This document shows positions 8,798 to 19,069 of a stretch of 64,000 bases of DNA, one piece after another. The DNA is from Cyanophyceae cyanobacterium (GTDB lineage: Bacteria > Cyanobacteriota > Cyanobacteriia > Cyanobacteriales > Laspinemataceae). The notes under the pieces were generated by a model that was given only the letters and a program-made list of their open reading frames with translations, was not told where the DNA came from and did no database searches. The position numbers and the translations under genes were made by a program. Location: assembly GCA_038321985.1 (NCBI GenBank), contig JBBQFN010000003.1, positions 350,097 to 414,096 on the forward strand. Direction: 5' to 3'. Position 1 is the first letter of the stretch. Each line of letters begins with the position of its first letter.

Positions 8798-11700
8798 ATG
8801 GGGATGAACGAGTTAGGAATTGATGAGATTCGCGCATCAATGGTGAAAATCTTCGATGGGGAACAACAGAGAATTGTGGGGTCCGGATTTATGATCCGGG
8901 GTGATGGCTATTTCATCACCTGTCACCATGTTATGTATCTTTTAAACACTATAGAAGTCGAATATCAGGGAACGAGATATTCGGCGCAGTGGTCTGGGGA
9001 ATTGTCGAATCCGGAGGTAGATATTGCGATTCTCAAAATTGAGGTGGAAAATGCCCAAGCGGTGACGCTCATCAATCCGGCTAAGTTATCAACATCGGTG
9101 ACGGTTTATGGATTTCCGCAATCGAAACAGGAAAAGTTTCGGGAGGGGTTTGATGTTTCCGCCTCGGATATCAAGCAGAGTGCGCCGTTGAATACAGTCT
9201 CTACCTATCCCACTCGCAGGCCGGATTATAACAATCCTTGGAATGTTCTCCCGCAACCGGAATCAAGTTTTTTATCCCATCGACTGAATGCCAAGGTAGA
9301 CCCGGGAACCAGTGGGGGTCCGGTTTTTTCTGAGGAATTGGGCGGCGTGGTGGGGGTGATTCAGTGCAGTAAAAGCGATGAGAGTTATGTGATTCGCTGG
9401 GATAATCTGACGGCCCAATTAGAGGCCCTGGGGTTAGAACCGCGTCAGAATGCTATTTGTCGGTTTCTGGAGGCGATCGCAACTCAATTCCAGTCTCTGG
9501 GGGTGTTTCACACTCAGCAACCGATTGTTTTAAAGGACCAATATATCCCGATTGAGGTCACCCTGGAACGACGATATCGCCATCAGGTGGAAACGACTTG
9601 GGGATATGCGGAATCTGAGGTGGAACAGAAACGCGCCTATGCTCTCAAAGGCATTGAGGCAGAATCTCAAGGGCGTGAAAAAGAAGAATTGAGACAAGTG
9701 CAAGTGCCTTGGGAAGAAGCGAAAACGGAACATCAGCGGATGATAGTTTTGGCCGATCCGGGGATGGGAAAATCGACTTTGTTGCAAATGGAAGCGTTCT
9801 CGCAAGCTCGACAGGAACAGCAGAAACTTCGCGAAACCCAGGCGATTGATCGGGTAGTGTTTCCCCTATTTGTACGCCTGTCGGAATTGCAGAACATTGA
9901 TAAAGAAATCATTGAGGCGATTCCCCAGTTAATTCAGCGAGACTATCCCAAACACTGGCGAGAGATTGAACCCTTTTTGCGGAAAAAGTTGGAGTTGGGT
10001 CAGTGTTTGTTGCTGTTAGATGCCTTGGATGAAGTGCCAAAGGAGGCTCGAAATTGCTTGCGGGATAAGTTAAACCGCTTTACTCAATTCTATCCCTGTC
10101 CCCTGATTGTCACCTCCCGGATTGTCGGATATGGTGGGGGGTTTGTGGCGGATGCCAAAGAGGTGGAAATTGTCCCGTTTAATCCAAAGCAATTGCAACA
10201 GTATATTAAAACCTGGTTTGTCAATGCAGCGGGATATATTCAGGATGAAACAGTTTCCGCCAGCCGTTTGATTGAAGAGTTGCAACGCAGACCTCAAATT
10301 CAGGGGTTAGCCCAAAATCCGCTGTTGTTGTCGTTGATTTGCAGTCTCTATCAAGACAAAAAACTAACTCTCCCGACGCGGCGCGTTCAATTGTATGAAA
10401 AAGCCGTGGAATGTATGCTCAAGGAATGGGGTCACCACAACCGAAAGTCACAATCGGAGGGAAAATTTCTGGCAAAAATTCGGTGTTTAGAAACCGTAGC
10501 CTATGAGTTTAGCTGCCAAGGGCAAGAGATTTTTACTGACGATGAACTGTATGAGGCGATCGAGCAAGGGAAGAACGCTGTCAGCGATCTCCAAAATTAT
10601 CCGACTTGGGAATTAATGGCGGAACTGACTGAGGAAGATGGCATCATCCAAAAGCTAACCCTTGACAGCAAAAACTATCTGTTTCTACATCGGACGTTTC
10701 AGGAGTATTTCACCGCTGCCTATTTAAAGCGAATCATGGGACGAGATCCACAGCGGGGAATGGATTTAGTTAGAGCGCATTTCTGGGAATATGACTGGCA
10801 TGAAACCTTAACCTTGCTGGCGGGATTGCTCAAAAATCCGATTCCACTTTTGGAAAGGATAACCCAGGAAAAGGATGATATTTTGGGGAGTCTGCTGCTG
10901 TTAGCGGGTCGATGTTTGGCGGAATGCCAGAACCTTTCTCATCCAGTGAGTGAAGCAATCTGCGATCGGCTTTATGAATTGTGGCATCGTTACCCCACTC
11001 TCAGCTTTATCTCTTCAACCGTGGTTACACTGGGCCAAAATAATTCGCATATGTTCCAAAAGTTGCAAAATGCCTGTATTTCCGACTCCGACTCAGATGT
11101 CAGAAGGCAGGCGTTAGAGGTGTTGGAGAAGATTGGTACCCCAGAAACAGTAACAGCGTTAATCGACGCCCTCTGCGCCTCCGACTCTGAGATCAGAAGG
11201 TATGCAGCAATCGCGCTGGAAAAGAGTAGCACCCCAGAAACAGTAACAGCGTTAATCGACGCCCTCTGCGACTCCAACTCGGATGTCAGAAACAACGCGG
11301 CAATCACGCTTGAGAACATTGGCACCCGAGAAGTAGTAACAGCGTTAATCGATGTCCTCTCCAACTCCAACTCGGATGTCAAAATCTATGCAGCATTGGT
11401 ACTGGGGAACATTGGCACCCGAGAAGTAGTAACAGCCTTAATCGATGTGCTCTCCAACTCCGACTCGGATGTCAAAATCTATGCGGCATTGGTACTGGGG
11501 AACATTGGCACCCGAGAAGTAGTAACAGCCTTAATCGATGTGCTCTCCAACTCCGACTCGGATGTCAGAAACAATGCGGCATGGGCATTGGAGAAGATTC
11601 GCATCCCAGAAGCAGTAACCGCCTTAGTCCCTGGCCCTTCCCACTCCGACTCGGATGTCAGAAACGATCCGGTAGGGGTGCTAAGGAACATTGGCATCCT

Positions 11701-12247
11701 AGAAGCAGTACCCACCTTAATAACCGCCTTATCCCACTCCAACAGGGATGTCAGAAACAATGCGGCATCAGCCTTGGTGAAGATTGGCACCCCAGAAGCC
11801 GTAAAAGCCTTAATCGCGACCCTCTCCCACTCCAACACAGAGGTCAGAATCTATGCGGCATGGGCGCTGGGTAAAATTGGCACCCCAGAAGCCGTAAAAG
11901 CCTTAATCGCGACCCTCTCCCACTCCAACACAGATGTCAGGTATGATGTCAGATATTATGCGGCATGGGCGCTGGGTAAAATTGGCACCCCAGAAGCCGT
12001 AGAAGCCTTAATCGCGACCCTCTCCCACTCCAACACAGATGTTAGAAGCGATGCGGCACAAGCCTTGAAGAATGTTGATACATTAGACACTTTAAAACAA
12101 ATTATTAGTTCTCCCCTTATCGACGTTTATCAGTCGGATATATTTGAGTTAGTTAGGATGCTTGCTATTCGATATTATAAGCAAAAAGTACCGTTTATTC
12201 CCCTGTATCCGGAGGTAATCGAGTTGGAAAAATCAAACGAGCGTTAA
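8798..12247 (+). CDS. Trypsin-like serine protease - NACHT NTPase - HEAT repeat protein (bacterial NLR-like)
   Basis: Triad TCHHV / DIAILK / GTSGGP; Walker A ADPGMGKST; Walker B LLLLDALDE; TSR; NPLLL; FLHRTFQEYFTA; ~10 HEAT-like 31-aa repeats. Confidence 0.92.
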   Translation: MGMNELGIDEIRASMVKIFDGEQQRIVGSGFMIRGDGYFITCHHVMYLLNTIEVEYQGTRYSAQWSGELSNPEVDIAILKIEVENAQAVTLINPAKLSTSVTVYGFPQSKQEKFREGFDVSASDIKQSAPLNTVSTYPTRRPDYNNPWNVLPQPESSFLSHRLNAKVDPGTSGGPVFSEELGGVVGVIQCSKSDESYVIRWDNLTAQLEALGLEPRQNAICRFLEAIATQFQSLGVFHTQQPIVLKDQYIPIEVTLERRYRHQVETTWGYAESEVEQKRAYALKGIEAESQGREKEELRQVQVPWEEAKTEHQRMIVLADPGMGKSTLLQMEAFSQARQEQQKLRETQAIDRVVFPLFVRLSELQNIDKEIIEAIPQLIQRDYPKHWREIEPFLRKKLELGQCLLLLDALDEVPKEARNCLRDKLNRFTQFYPCPLIVTSRIVGYGGGFVADAKEVEIVPFNPKQLQQYIKTWFVNAAGYIQDETVSASRLIEELQRRPQIQGLAQNPLLLSLICSLYQDKKLTLPTRRVQLYEKAVECMLKEWGHHNRKSQSEGKFLAKIRCLETVAYEFSCQGQEIFTDDELYEAIEQGKNAVSDLQNYPTWELMAELTEEDGIIQKLTLDSKNYLFLHRTFQEYFTAAYLKRIMGRDPQRGMDLVRAHFWEYDWHETLTLLAGLLKNPIPLLERITQEKDDILGSLLLLAGRCLAECQNLSHPVSEAICDRLYELWHRYPTLSFISSTVVTLGQNNSHMFQKLQNACISDSDSDVRRQALEVLEKIGTPETVTALIDALCASDSEIRRYAAIALEKSSTPETVTALIDALCDSNSDVRNNAAITLENIGTREVVTALIDVLSNSNSDVKIYAALVLGNIGTREVVTALIDVLSNSDSDVKIYAALVLGNIGTREVVTALIDVLSNSDSDVRNNAAWALEKIRIPEAVTALVPGPSHSDSDVRNDPVGVLRNIGILEAVPTLITALSHSNRDVRNNAASALVKIGTPEAVKALIATLSHSNTEVRIYAAWALGKIGTPEAVKALIATLSHSNTDVRYDVRYYAAWALGKIGTPEAVEALIATLSHSNTDVRSDAAQALKNVDTLDTLKQIISSPLIDVYQSDIFELVRMLAIRYYKQKVPFIPLYPEVIELEKSNER
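11082..12070 (+). repeat. 93-bp tandem coding repeats (HEAT units)
   Basis: AACATTGGCACCCGAGAAG recurs at 11315, 11408 and 11501 (period 93); further diverged units flank these. Confidence 0.9.
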
Positions 12248-12312
12248 AATACAATTGCTACGACAATTGAGAGACTTTGGCAGAATTTGACGGTTAGATG
12301 ATGGGGTTTTAT

Positions 12313-12397
12313 TAGACCTCTTGCAAAATTCTCGCGCATCCCCCCTTAATAACGCCAATCGGTTGGGGGGAGCAATCCTTTTTTTGCAAGAGGTGTA
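12313..12397. mobile_element. Small MITE-like element, 85 bp
   Basis: 16-bp terminal inverted repeats TAGACCTCTTGCAAAA / TTTTGCAAGAGGTGTA (1 mismatch); no coding capacity. Confidence 0.6.
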
Positions 12398-12469
12398 TTT
12401 TACTACGCCCAGGGGAGGGGACCGGAGATGGATTTGGGTAGCCTCAACGTGGGGACCCCACCCTGGATT

Positions 12470-12570
12470 AGAAACCTGGTTTCTCTCCCTCCAGCAACGG
12501 ACTCAGAAACCGGGTTTCTGCGTCCATCAGGAGCATTCTCACCTCAATTTGGAAAAGAAACCCGGTTTCT
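12470..12570. repeat. Palindromic doublet element (copy D) plus extra arm
   Basis: Arms at 12470-12484, 12505-12519 and 12556-12570 (36-bp spacer); linker CAACGGACTC as in copy C. Confidence 0.88.
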
Positions 12571-12591
12571 CGACTTCGAGGGGAAAGCTGT

Positions 12592-13020
12592 TCATCCCTT
12601 TGCTTCCCACGGATTAACCAAATCAATTCCACAATCTAAAAAGTCGCGGGTGTTACGGGTGGCTAATGTTGCTTGGTGAACTCGGCAAATGGCTGCTATT
12701 TGTGCATCAAATTGCGAGATGGGGCGACCGAGTTTTTTGCGGTAAGCTGCTATTTGGGAATAAAGTTCAGCGGCTTTTTGATCGAATGCTAAAATTCGCT
12801 CGCCCAAGTAATGCTCAAAGACAATCAATGCTCCGTCGAGCAATTTCTGTCGTCGCTGTCCTTGTGGGAGAATTTGAATACCATACAGAATTTCGGCTTG
12901 GGTAATGCTAGTTGTGTACAGTGATACACCCTTTTGGCTAACTAACCATTCGCGGATGATGCTGGAACCCATCGGCTGAATGAGTTCCGAAATGACGTTG
13001 GTATCGAGAATGATTTTCAT
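12592..13020 (-). CDS. vapC: PIN-domain VapC toxin
   Basis: IILDTNVISE...ITQAEILYG...FDAQIAAI...LATRNTRDF. Confidence 0.92.
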   Translation of the reverse strand: MKIILDTNVISELIQPMGSSIIREWLVSQKGVSLYTTSITQAEILYGIQILPQGQRRQKLLDGALIVFEHYLGERILAFDQKAAELYSQIAAYRKKLGRPISQFDAQIAAICRVHQATLATRNTRDFLDCGIDLVNPWEAKG

Positions 13021-13277
13021 CGATCGCCAAACAGGGTTTCGTCAACTCGGATGGATTCCCGTGGCTGGATTGGAATTTCGCAGTCTTTGATCGCACTGAA
13101 GTATCGCTCAAAGACTGCGATGAGCCACTGGCCCTCGTTTTCAAAGTTGTCGGGTTGAAGTTCTGGGTCTGGCTTGTAAGGGGTGGGGTGCAGTTCGCGA
13201 TCGAGAAGCTGAAACAGTTTTTGCTTGTCCGTCAGGTTGAGTTGCTCAATGTCTGGCAAGAGTTCATTGAGGGTCAT
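13017..13277 (-). CDS. Putative VapB antitoxin
   Basis: Small acidic ORF with 4-bp overlap upstream of vapC. Confidence 0.7.
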   Translation of the reverse strand: MTLNELLPDIEQLNLTDKQKLFQLLDRELHPTPYKPDPELQPDNFENEGQWLIAVFERYFSAIKDCEIPIQPRESIRVDETLFGDR

Positions 13278-13421
13278 GTCTAGCTCCTGTTGTATTGTAT
13301 CTACCGTTTGGTCAAAGTTTAGGGGTCAGGTTTCCAATTCAGGGTGATTTCTAGCAGGGTTTTATCCTGCGAGTTATTATATTTTATCAAGAGGAATTGA
13401 GATGTTCCCGTGGGGTAGGTT

Positions 13422-14651
13422 TCAAAATTCCTGATTTTCTTCTTCCTCAAAATCCTGGTATAATTGTTCTAAATTTTGATGTTCAAACCGTCGAGAAATT
13501 CGCCGATACTTTTTAGATTCTAATTTCGGCTCATTTTGTTCGGTTCCTTTGCCTTTGCTTTTCAGTTTCATGCTGGATTCGGGATTGCTTTGTTGGGAGA
13601 GGATGTCTTCATAGATAATTGCCTCTTCCAGAAACTCTAAATAATCGTCGTACCGTTCCCAGTCTCCACTCACTACACAGTTGGGTTCGTCCCGATGTAA
13701 GCAGTCACTAAACTGACAGGTTCCCTCTTGCAGGCGTTGGCGCGCTTCGGGGAAATAGTCGGCTAATTCTCGCGCCGGAAAGTCGAGGTTGGGTTGATTG
13801 AATCCGGGGGAGTCGGCAAGGAGTCCTCCGGTGGGGAGATCAAATAATTCCACATGGCGGGTGGTGTGGCGTCCTCGTCCGAGTTTGCCGGAAACATCGC
13901 CGACGCGCAGGGTGGCGAAGGGGATAAGTTGGTTAATTAAGCTGGATTTGCCGACGCCGGAAGGACCGGAAATTAAGGTGATTTTATCTTTGAGCCGATC
14001 GCGCACAGCATCAATCCCAACTCCGGTTTCTACACTAATAAATAACGGTTGATATCCCCAACTTTCTAACCGTTCTTGCCACTCAATTCGCTCTTGTTCT
14101 GAGACTAAATCGGTTTTATTTAAACATAACAAAACCGATAACCCGGTAGATTCAGCTTTGACTAAGAAGCGGGTGAGTTGATGAGGGTCGAGGGTGGGTT
14201 CTTCTATGGCGAAGACGAGGAGCACTTGGTTGGCATTGGCGATCGCCGGACGATCCAGTTCCGTTCGTCGGGGGAAGACTTCGGAGACTGCACCTCTGCC
14301 GCCTTCCCAATCCGGTTCTTCTATCACCACCCGATCGCCTACCATCACCTGCTGCCCGATTTTTTTCAAGCGCGATCGCCGGGTACAAAGCAGGGTGGAA
14401 GCTTTCGTAACTGCTGGATCTAACTGGACTCGATAGTAATTCGCCTGGACTGCTACCACAGTGCCGGTGACGAGGAGTTCAGAATCCGAAGAAGTCACCG
14501 GGGAAGGTAACTCCGGGCGATCGCCCGTTAGGGATACATTCCCGGAGTCGGGATTCCCTCCCCTTATCCCTGAATCTACGTCTTCCGGAGGGCGATCGCC
14601 GGACGGAGTGACACCGGCGAGGGTCTGTGTTTCATCTTTGCCGTTACTCAT
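13422..14651 (-). CDS. rsgA: Small ribosomal subunit biogenesis GTPase RsgA
   Basis: NKTD, GPSGVGKSS, GRHTTRH, DSPGF, CQFSDCLHRDEPNC zinc finger; start may lie downstream of 14651. Confidence 0.95.
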   Translation of the reverse strand: MSNGKDETQTLAGVTPSGDRPPEDVDSGIRGGNPDSGNVSLTGDRPELPSPVTSSDSELLVTGTVVAVQANYYRVQLDPAVTKASTLLCTRRSRLKKIGQQVMVGDRVVIEEPDWEGGRGAVSEVFPRRTELDRPAIANANQVLLVFAIEEPTLDPHQLTRFLVKAESTGLSVLLCLNKTDLVSEQERIEWQERLESWGYQPLFISVETGVGIDAVRDRLKDKITLISGPSGVGKSSLINQLIPFATLRVGDVSGKLGRGRHTTRHVELFDLPTGGLLADSPGFNQPNLDFPARELADYFPEARQRLQEGTCQFSDCLHRDEPNCVVSGDWERYDDYLEFLEEAIIYEDILSQQSNPESSMKLKSKGKGTEQNEPKLESKKYRRISRRFEHQNLEQLYQDFEEEENQEF

Positions 14652-14908
14652 GCAGAATTTGCCGCACGTCGAACTTGAATTGCAAAAAACCCGCCTCGGT
14701 CCTCAATCAATTCCATGTGATGTCCATCCATCACTAAACTATCGGGCACCTGTTCGATCGGTTCCCCGGGGTCTAGCCAGACTTCGAGCACTTCCCCGGG
14801 ATTCATTTTATCCAAGCGCAGTTTAGTGCGGACAAAATTCATCGGACAAGGAGTGCCGCGTAAATCCAGAGTCGGGTAAGTGGGTTCAGGTATAGAATTT
14901 TGGGTCAC
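14648..14908 (-). CDS. tusA: Sulfurtransferase TusA/SirA family
   Basis: [19 protein letters not shown]xP-like motif. Confidence 0.88.
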   Translation of the reverse strand: MTQNSIPEPTYPTLDLRGTPCPMNFVRTKLRLDKMNPGEVLEVWLDPGEPIEQVPDSLVMDGHHMELIEDRGGFFAIQVRRAANSA

Positions 14909-16038
14909 TTGTTGAACAACTCCCCTAAAAATCCTTTCCCCCCTTTACCAATGCGATCGCCTTTCAGTTTTGCCAACTGTTCCAGCAATGTCCGTTCTTC
15001 GGTGCTCAACTTGGTGGGAATATCAATCCCTACTGAAATCAGATGGTCCCCGCGTACTGCCGGATTCCCTAACTTAGGAACTCCTTTCCCCTCTAACTTC
15101 ATCACCGTATTCGGTTGAGTTCCGGTCGGAATTAGCAATTCCGTCGGTCCATCCACCGTATTCACATCCAGACGACATCCTAAAATAGCCTGGAGATAAC
15201 TTACCTTAATTTCCGAGAGGATATTAATATTGTCGCGCTGAAACTCCGCGTCTTCATTTACGAACAAATAAACGTACAAATCCCCCGACGGACCGCCCTT
15301 TGCACCGGCATCTCCTTCGGCGGAAACCCGCAAGCGAGTCCCATTATCTACCCCAGGCGGGACATTAATTTTGAGTTTCTTCGTCTCTTGTTTCACCCCA
15401 GCCCCACTACAGGCTTCGCATTTATCCTCAATGGTTTCTCCAGTGCCGTTACAGGTGGGACAAACCGAGACTTGAGTGAAACTGCCAAAGGGGGTACGGG
15501 TAGCACGGCGGACCTGTCCAGCCCCGTTACAGGTGGGACAGGTGCGAGGACGGGTTCCGGGTTTGGCCCCGCTTCCGACACAGACGCCACAGGTTTCTAG
15601 ATGAGAAATGCGAATTTCTTTTTCGCCGCCAAAGATAGCTTCGCGAAAATCCAGTTTCAGGTCGAGGCGGAGGTCGTCGCCACGAACAGGCCCGCCTCGT
15701 CTGCGGCCCTGTTGACCGGGAACTCCACCGCCTGCAAACCCACTGAAAAAGCTTTCAAAGATGTCGGCAAAGCCCATATCGCCCATGTCACCGAATCCTG
15801 GCCCGCCGCCAGCACCGGAACTGACTCCGGCTTCACCAAATCGGTCATAACGAGCGCGGACTTCAGGTTCGCTCAGAATTTCGTAAGCGTGATTGATTTC
15901 TTTGAAGCGCTCTTCAGCGCCCTCTTCTTTATTAACATCTGGGTGATATTTTCGCGCTAACCGGCGGTAGGCACGTTTAATCTCCTCTTTGTCGGCAGTG
16001 CGAGCAACACCTAGAATTTCATAGTAATCGCGGGCCAT
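14905..16038 (-). CDS. dnaJ: Chaperone DnaJ
   Basis: J-domain HPD, G/F region, four CxxCxGxG repeats. Confidence 0.97.
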   Translation of the reverse strand: MARDYYEILGVARTADKEEIKRAYRRLARKYHPDVNKEEGAEERFKEINHAYEILSEPEVRARYDRFGEAGVSSGAGGGPGFGDMGDMGFADIFESFFSGFAGGGVPGQQGRRRGGPVRGDDLRLDLKLDFREAIFGGEKEIRISHLETCGVCVGSGAKPGTRPRTCPTCNGAGQVRRATRTPFGSFTQVSVCPTCNGTGETIEDKCEACSGAGVKQETKKLKINVPPGVDNGTRLRVSAEGDAGAKGGPSGDLYVYLFVNEDAEFQRDNINILSEIKVSYLQAILGCRLDVNTVDGPTELLIPTGTQPNTVMKLEGKGVPKLGNPAVRGDHLISVGIDIPTKLSTEERTLLEQLAKLKGDRIGKGGKGFLGELFNK

Positions 16039-16283
16039 AGAGCGCTTCTGGTAAAAATAAAATACAAAAGGGACGCAAGGAATGAACTTTCATTTGGGTA
16101 GCAGTGGCGAGGGCGACAACCCCTGAAAGTATGGGGTTGGCGATCGCTGGGGAGAGGTCGGCGATAGGCCAACAAAACCCAGAAATAGATGAGGTTGGCG
16201 ATCGCTGCCCCAGGGGCGGATATTTCCCTAAATTCAGGGAAACAACAGATAATTCCCTTTTAAGTCTACTGACCTAAAGGGAT

Positions 16284-18140
16284 TTACTCCGATGTACTGG
16301 CCTCTTCTTTTTCCTCTTCCTCGGAGGAGTTAGATTGCTGATAAACAGCAATCCCCACCGAGAACAGAGTTTCTTGGAATGCGGACATTCGCTGTTTGAG
16401 GTCTTCAACCTCAATGTTTTTATTTTCGAGCGCTGCTTTTAGCTGTTTCGCTCTCTCCTTGAGTTCTGCCTTGAGCTCATCGCTCAACAGAGCCATGTTA
16501 TCTTTCAAGGTCGCTTTATAATTATAGAACAGGCTTTCAGCCTGGTTTTTAATTTCTACGACTTGTTTGCGATAGCGGTCTTCGTCGGCATATTTTTCGG
16601 CATCTTGACGCATTTTCTCGATTTCTTGATCGCTCAAACCACCGGTGCTTGTGATTTGGATGCTTTGGGCGCGTTCGGTGCCCTTGTCTGTGGCGGCGAC
16701 ATTGAGAATGCCATTAGCATCAATTTCAAAGGAGACTTCGATTTGAGGAACGCCTCGGGGTGCGGGGGGCAGTTTATCCAGAATGAAGTTCCCCAGGCTT
16801 TTATTATCTTTGACCATTGCCCGTTCCCCTTGCAGGACATGAATTTCCACTTCCCGTTGTCCATCGGTGGCAGTGGAGAAAGTTTGAGCGCGGCTGGTAG
16901 GAATGGTTGTGTTGCGATCGATGATTTTGGTAAAGACACCGCCCAGGGTTTCGATGCCCAGGGATAAAGGGGTCACGTCTAATAAGAGGACGTCTTGAAC
17001 TTCGCCACCGAGGACCCCGGCTTGGATACCGGCCCCGATCGCCACAGCTTCATCTGGATTCACGGTGCGATCGGGTTCTTTGCCCCCAAAATAGTCACTA
17101 ATAGCTTTTTGAACCGCTGGAATCCGAGTCGAACCCCCGACTAAAATAATCCGGTCTATTTCCTCGATACTCAGGGTGCTATCTTTAATCGCCTGGGCCA
17201 CAGGTTCTAAGGTCCGTTTCACCAATTCGCTGACGAGCTTTTCAAAGTCCCCTCGCGTCAGGTCCATTTCCAGGTGTTTCGGTCCAGTTTCGTCGGCGCT
17301 AATAAAGGGGAGGTTAATCGCGCAACTCTCCCGGGTTGAGAGTTCGATTTTGGCTTTTTCTGCGGCTTCACGAATCCGCTGAATCGCCATTTTATCTACC
17401 GATAGATCGATCCCCTCGTTGATCCGAAATTGTTCGACCATCCATTTGACGAGGGTGGTATCAAAGTCATCCCCACCGAGGTGATTATTGCCCGAGGTGG
17501 ATTTAACTTCAAAGATGCCGTCCCCAAGTTGGAGAATGGAGACATCAAAGGTGCCTCCTCCCAAGTCAAAGACGAGAATGGTTTGGTCTTGTCCTTGTTT
17601 ATCTAAACCGTAGGAGAGGGCCGCAGCGGTGGGCTCATTGATAATCCGCAGCACTTCTAATCCGGCGATCGTGCCTGCATCTTTAGTCGCTTGGCGTTGG
17701 GCGTCGGTAAAGTAAGCCGGGACCGTAATCACCGCTTGGGTGACTTGTTCTCCGAGATAGGCTTCCGCATCCTCTTTAAGCTTTTGCAGGATCATGGCCG
17801 AAATTTCCTGGGGTGTGTAGGTGGTGCCCCGGATTTTCACATCAACGGTTTCGTCTCTGCCTTTAACGCAGGCGTAAGGAACTCGGGATCGTTCTTCTTC
17901 TGTGTCTTCCCAGCGACGACCGATAAAGCGTTTGATACTGTAAACGGTATTTTCGGCGTTGGTGACGGCTTGGCGTTTGGCAAGTTGTCCGACCACCCGC
18001 GAGCCATTTTTGGCAATTCCAACAATACTCGGGGTGGTGCGTCCGCCTTCGGTATTGCTAATCACGTTGGGTTTACCGCCCTCTAAGACAGCAACACAAC
18101 TATTGGTGGTCCCGAGGTCAATTCCGATGACTTTTCCCAT
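16284..18140 (-). CDS. dnaK: Chaperone DnaK (Hsp70)
   Basis: [35 protein letters not shown]. Confidence 0.97.
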   Translation of the reverse strand: MGKVIGIDLGTTNSCVAVLEGGKPNVISNTEGGRTTPSIVGIAKNGSRVVGQLAKRQAVTNAENTVYSIKRFIGRRWEDTEEERSRVPYACVKGRDETVDVKIRGTTYTPQEISAMILQKLKEDAEAYLGEQVTQAVITVPAYFTDAQRQATKDAGTIAGLEVLRIINEPTAAALSYGLDKQGQDQTILVFDLGGGTFDVSILQLGDGIFEVKSTSGNNHLGGDDFDTTLVKWMVEQFRINEGIDLSVDKMAIQRIREAAEKAKIELSTRESCAINLPFISADETGPKHLEMDLTRGDFEKLVSELVKRTLEPVAQAIKDSTLSIEEIDRIILVGGSTRIPAVQKAISDYFGGKEPDRTVNPDEAVAIGAGIQAGVLGGEVQDVLLLDVTPLSLGIETLGGVFTKIIDRNTTIPTSRAQTFSTATDGQREVEIHVLQGERAMVKDNKSLGNFILDKLPPAPRGVPQIEVSFEIDANGILNVAATDKGTERAQSIQITSTGGLSDQEIEKMRQDAEKYADEDRYRKQVVEIKNQAESLFYNYKATLKDNMALLSDELKAELKERAKQLKAALENKNIEVEDLKQRMSAFQETLFSVGIAVYQQSNSSEEEEKEEASTSE

Positions 18141-18295
18141 AGCGGTTCGGCGGTTAAAGTGTGGGTGGCAATTGGGGGTAACGCTTCCAGTCGCGAAAGG
18201 GGGTTCGGACAGGTTGGGTTTAGGATACCCGGTTTGTAGCAGAGATTGAACCGGCGATCGGGCGACTGAGGATGCCGCCGATCGCGAGGGTTTCC

Positions 18296-19069
18296 TCAGT
18301 CTTGAGGACTATCAGGGGTTTCTGTACCTTGAGGTTCTTCCCCTTCTTCTGGTGCAGCGGCAACTTTGACCAGTGCGTGTCGCAAGACGCGATCGCCAAG
18401 CATATAACCCCGCCGGAATTCATCCGTAACAATCCCTTCGGCATACTCGCTAGTGGGTTCTCGCATCACCGCTTCGTGGAAATTCGGGTCGAATTCTTCT
18501 CCCTTGGGATACATGGCGGAGACGCCGATGCGTTTGAGGCTATCTACCATCTGCTTATAAACGCTGAGGTAGCTTTTATGAAGGTTCATTTCCCCATCAT
18601 TTTGGGGCTTAATTTGTTCTTTGGCCCGCTCGAAGTTATCTACGACGGCTAAAATTTCACGAATGGTGGAGCATTTAGCCTGGATTTCTAGTTCGAGCTT
18701 TTCTTTTTGAGTGCGCTTGCGGAAGTTGTCAAAATCCGCCGCTAGCCTTGCATATTGACTTTTTAATTCTTCTAACTGACTACTAAATGCCTGATTGGCT
18801 TGGACCAAGGCTTCCATTGCCATGTACTCTTCCGGACTGGCTGCCGGTGAGGGGGCTTCGTAAGGAGCCGGAGTAGGTTCCATTCTTTCAGTGGCCGTAT
18901 CCTCTTCTACCCGGGTTTCCCCAGGGGCGTCCTTCACGGTCCCTTGATGACCCCATTCGTCCGAAGCGATCGCCTCGGAGGGGTCATCACCGGAATTGGA
19001 TGCTCCGCCCGAGTTTTCCGCTGCCCATTCTGTTTGCATTTTTTCTTGCTGCTTTTGTTCTTCTGTCAT
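18296..19069 (-). CDS. grpE: Nucleotide exchange factor GrpE
   Basis: [12 protein letters not shown]...VVDNFERA...FDPNFHEAV...[17 protein letters not shown]. Confidence 0.96.
   Translation of the reverse strand: MTEEQKQQEKMQTEWAAENSGGASNSGDDPSEAIASDEWGHQGTVKDAPGETRVEEDTATERMEPTPAPYEAPSPAASPEEYMAMEALVQANQAFSSQLEELKSQYARLAADFDNFRKRTQKEKLELEIQAKCSTIREILAVVDNFERAKEQIKPQNDGEMNLHKSYLSVYKQMVDSLKRIGVSAMYPKGEEFDPNFHEAVMREPTSEYAEGIVTDEFRRGYMLGDRVLRHALVKVAAAPEEGEEPQGTETPDSPQD

Noticed and set aside
11082..12070. 93-bp tandem repeats as a non-coding array or DGR template
   Set aside because: They are in-frame HEAT repeats; no reverse transcriptase is present and the differences are not adenine-specific.
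5798..12570. AGAAACCGGGTTTCT-N35 units as a CRISPR array
   Set aside because: The spacer length is CRISPR-like, but the arms are only 15 bp, inverted rather than direct, dispersed as doublets, and there are no cas genes.
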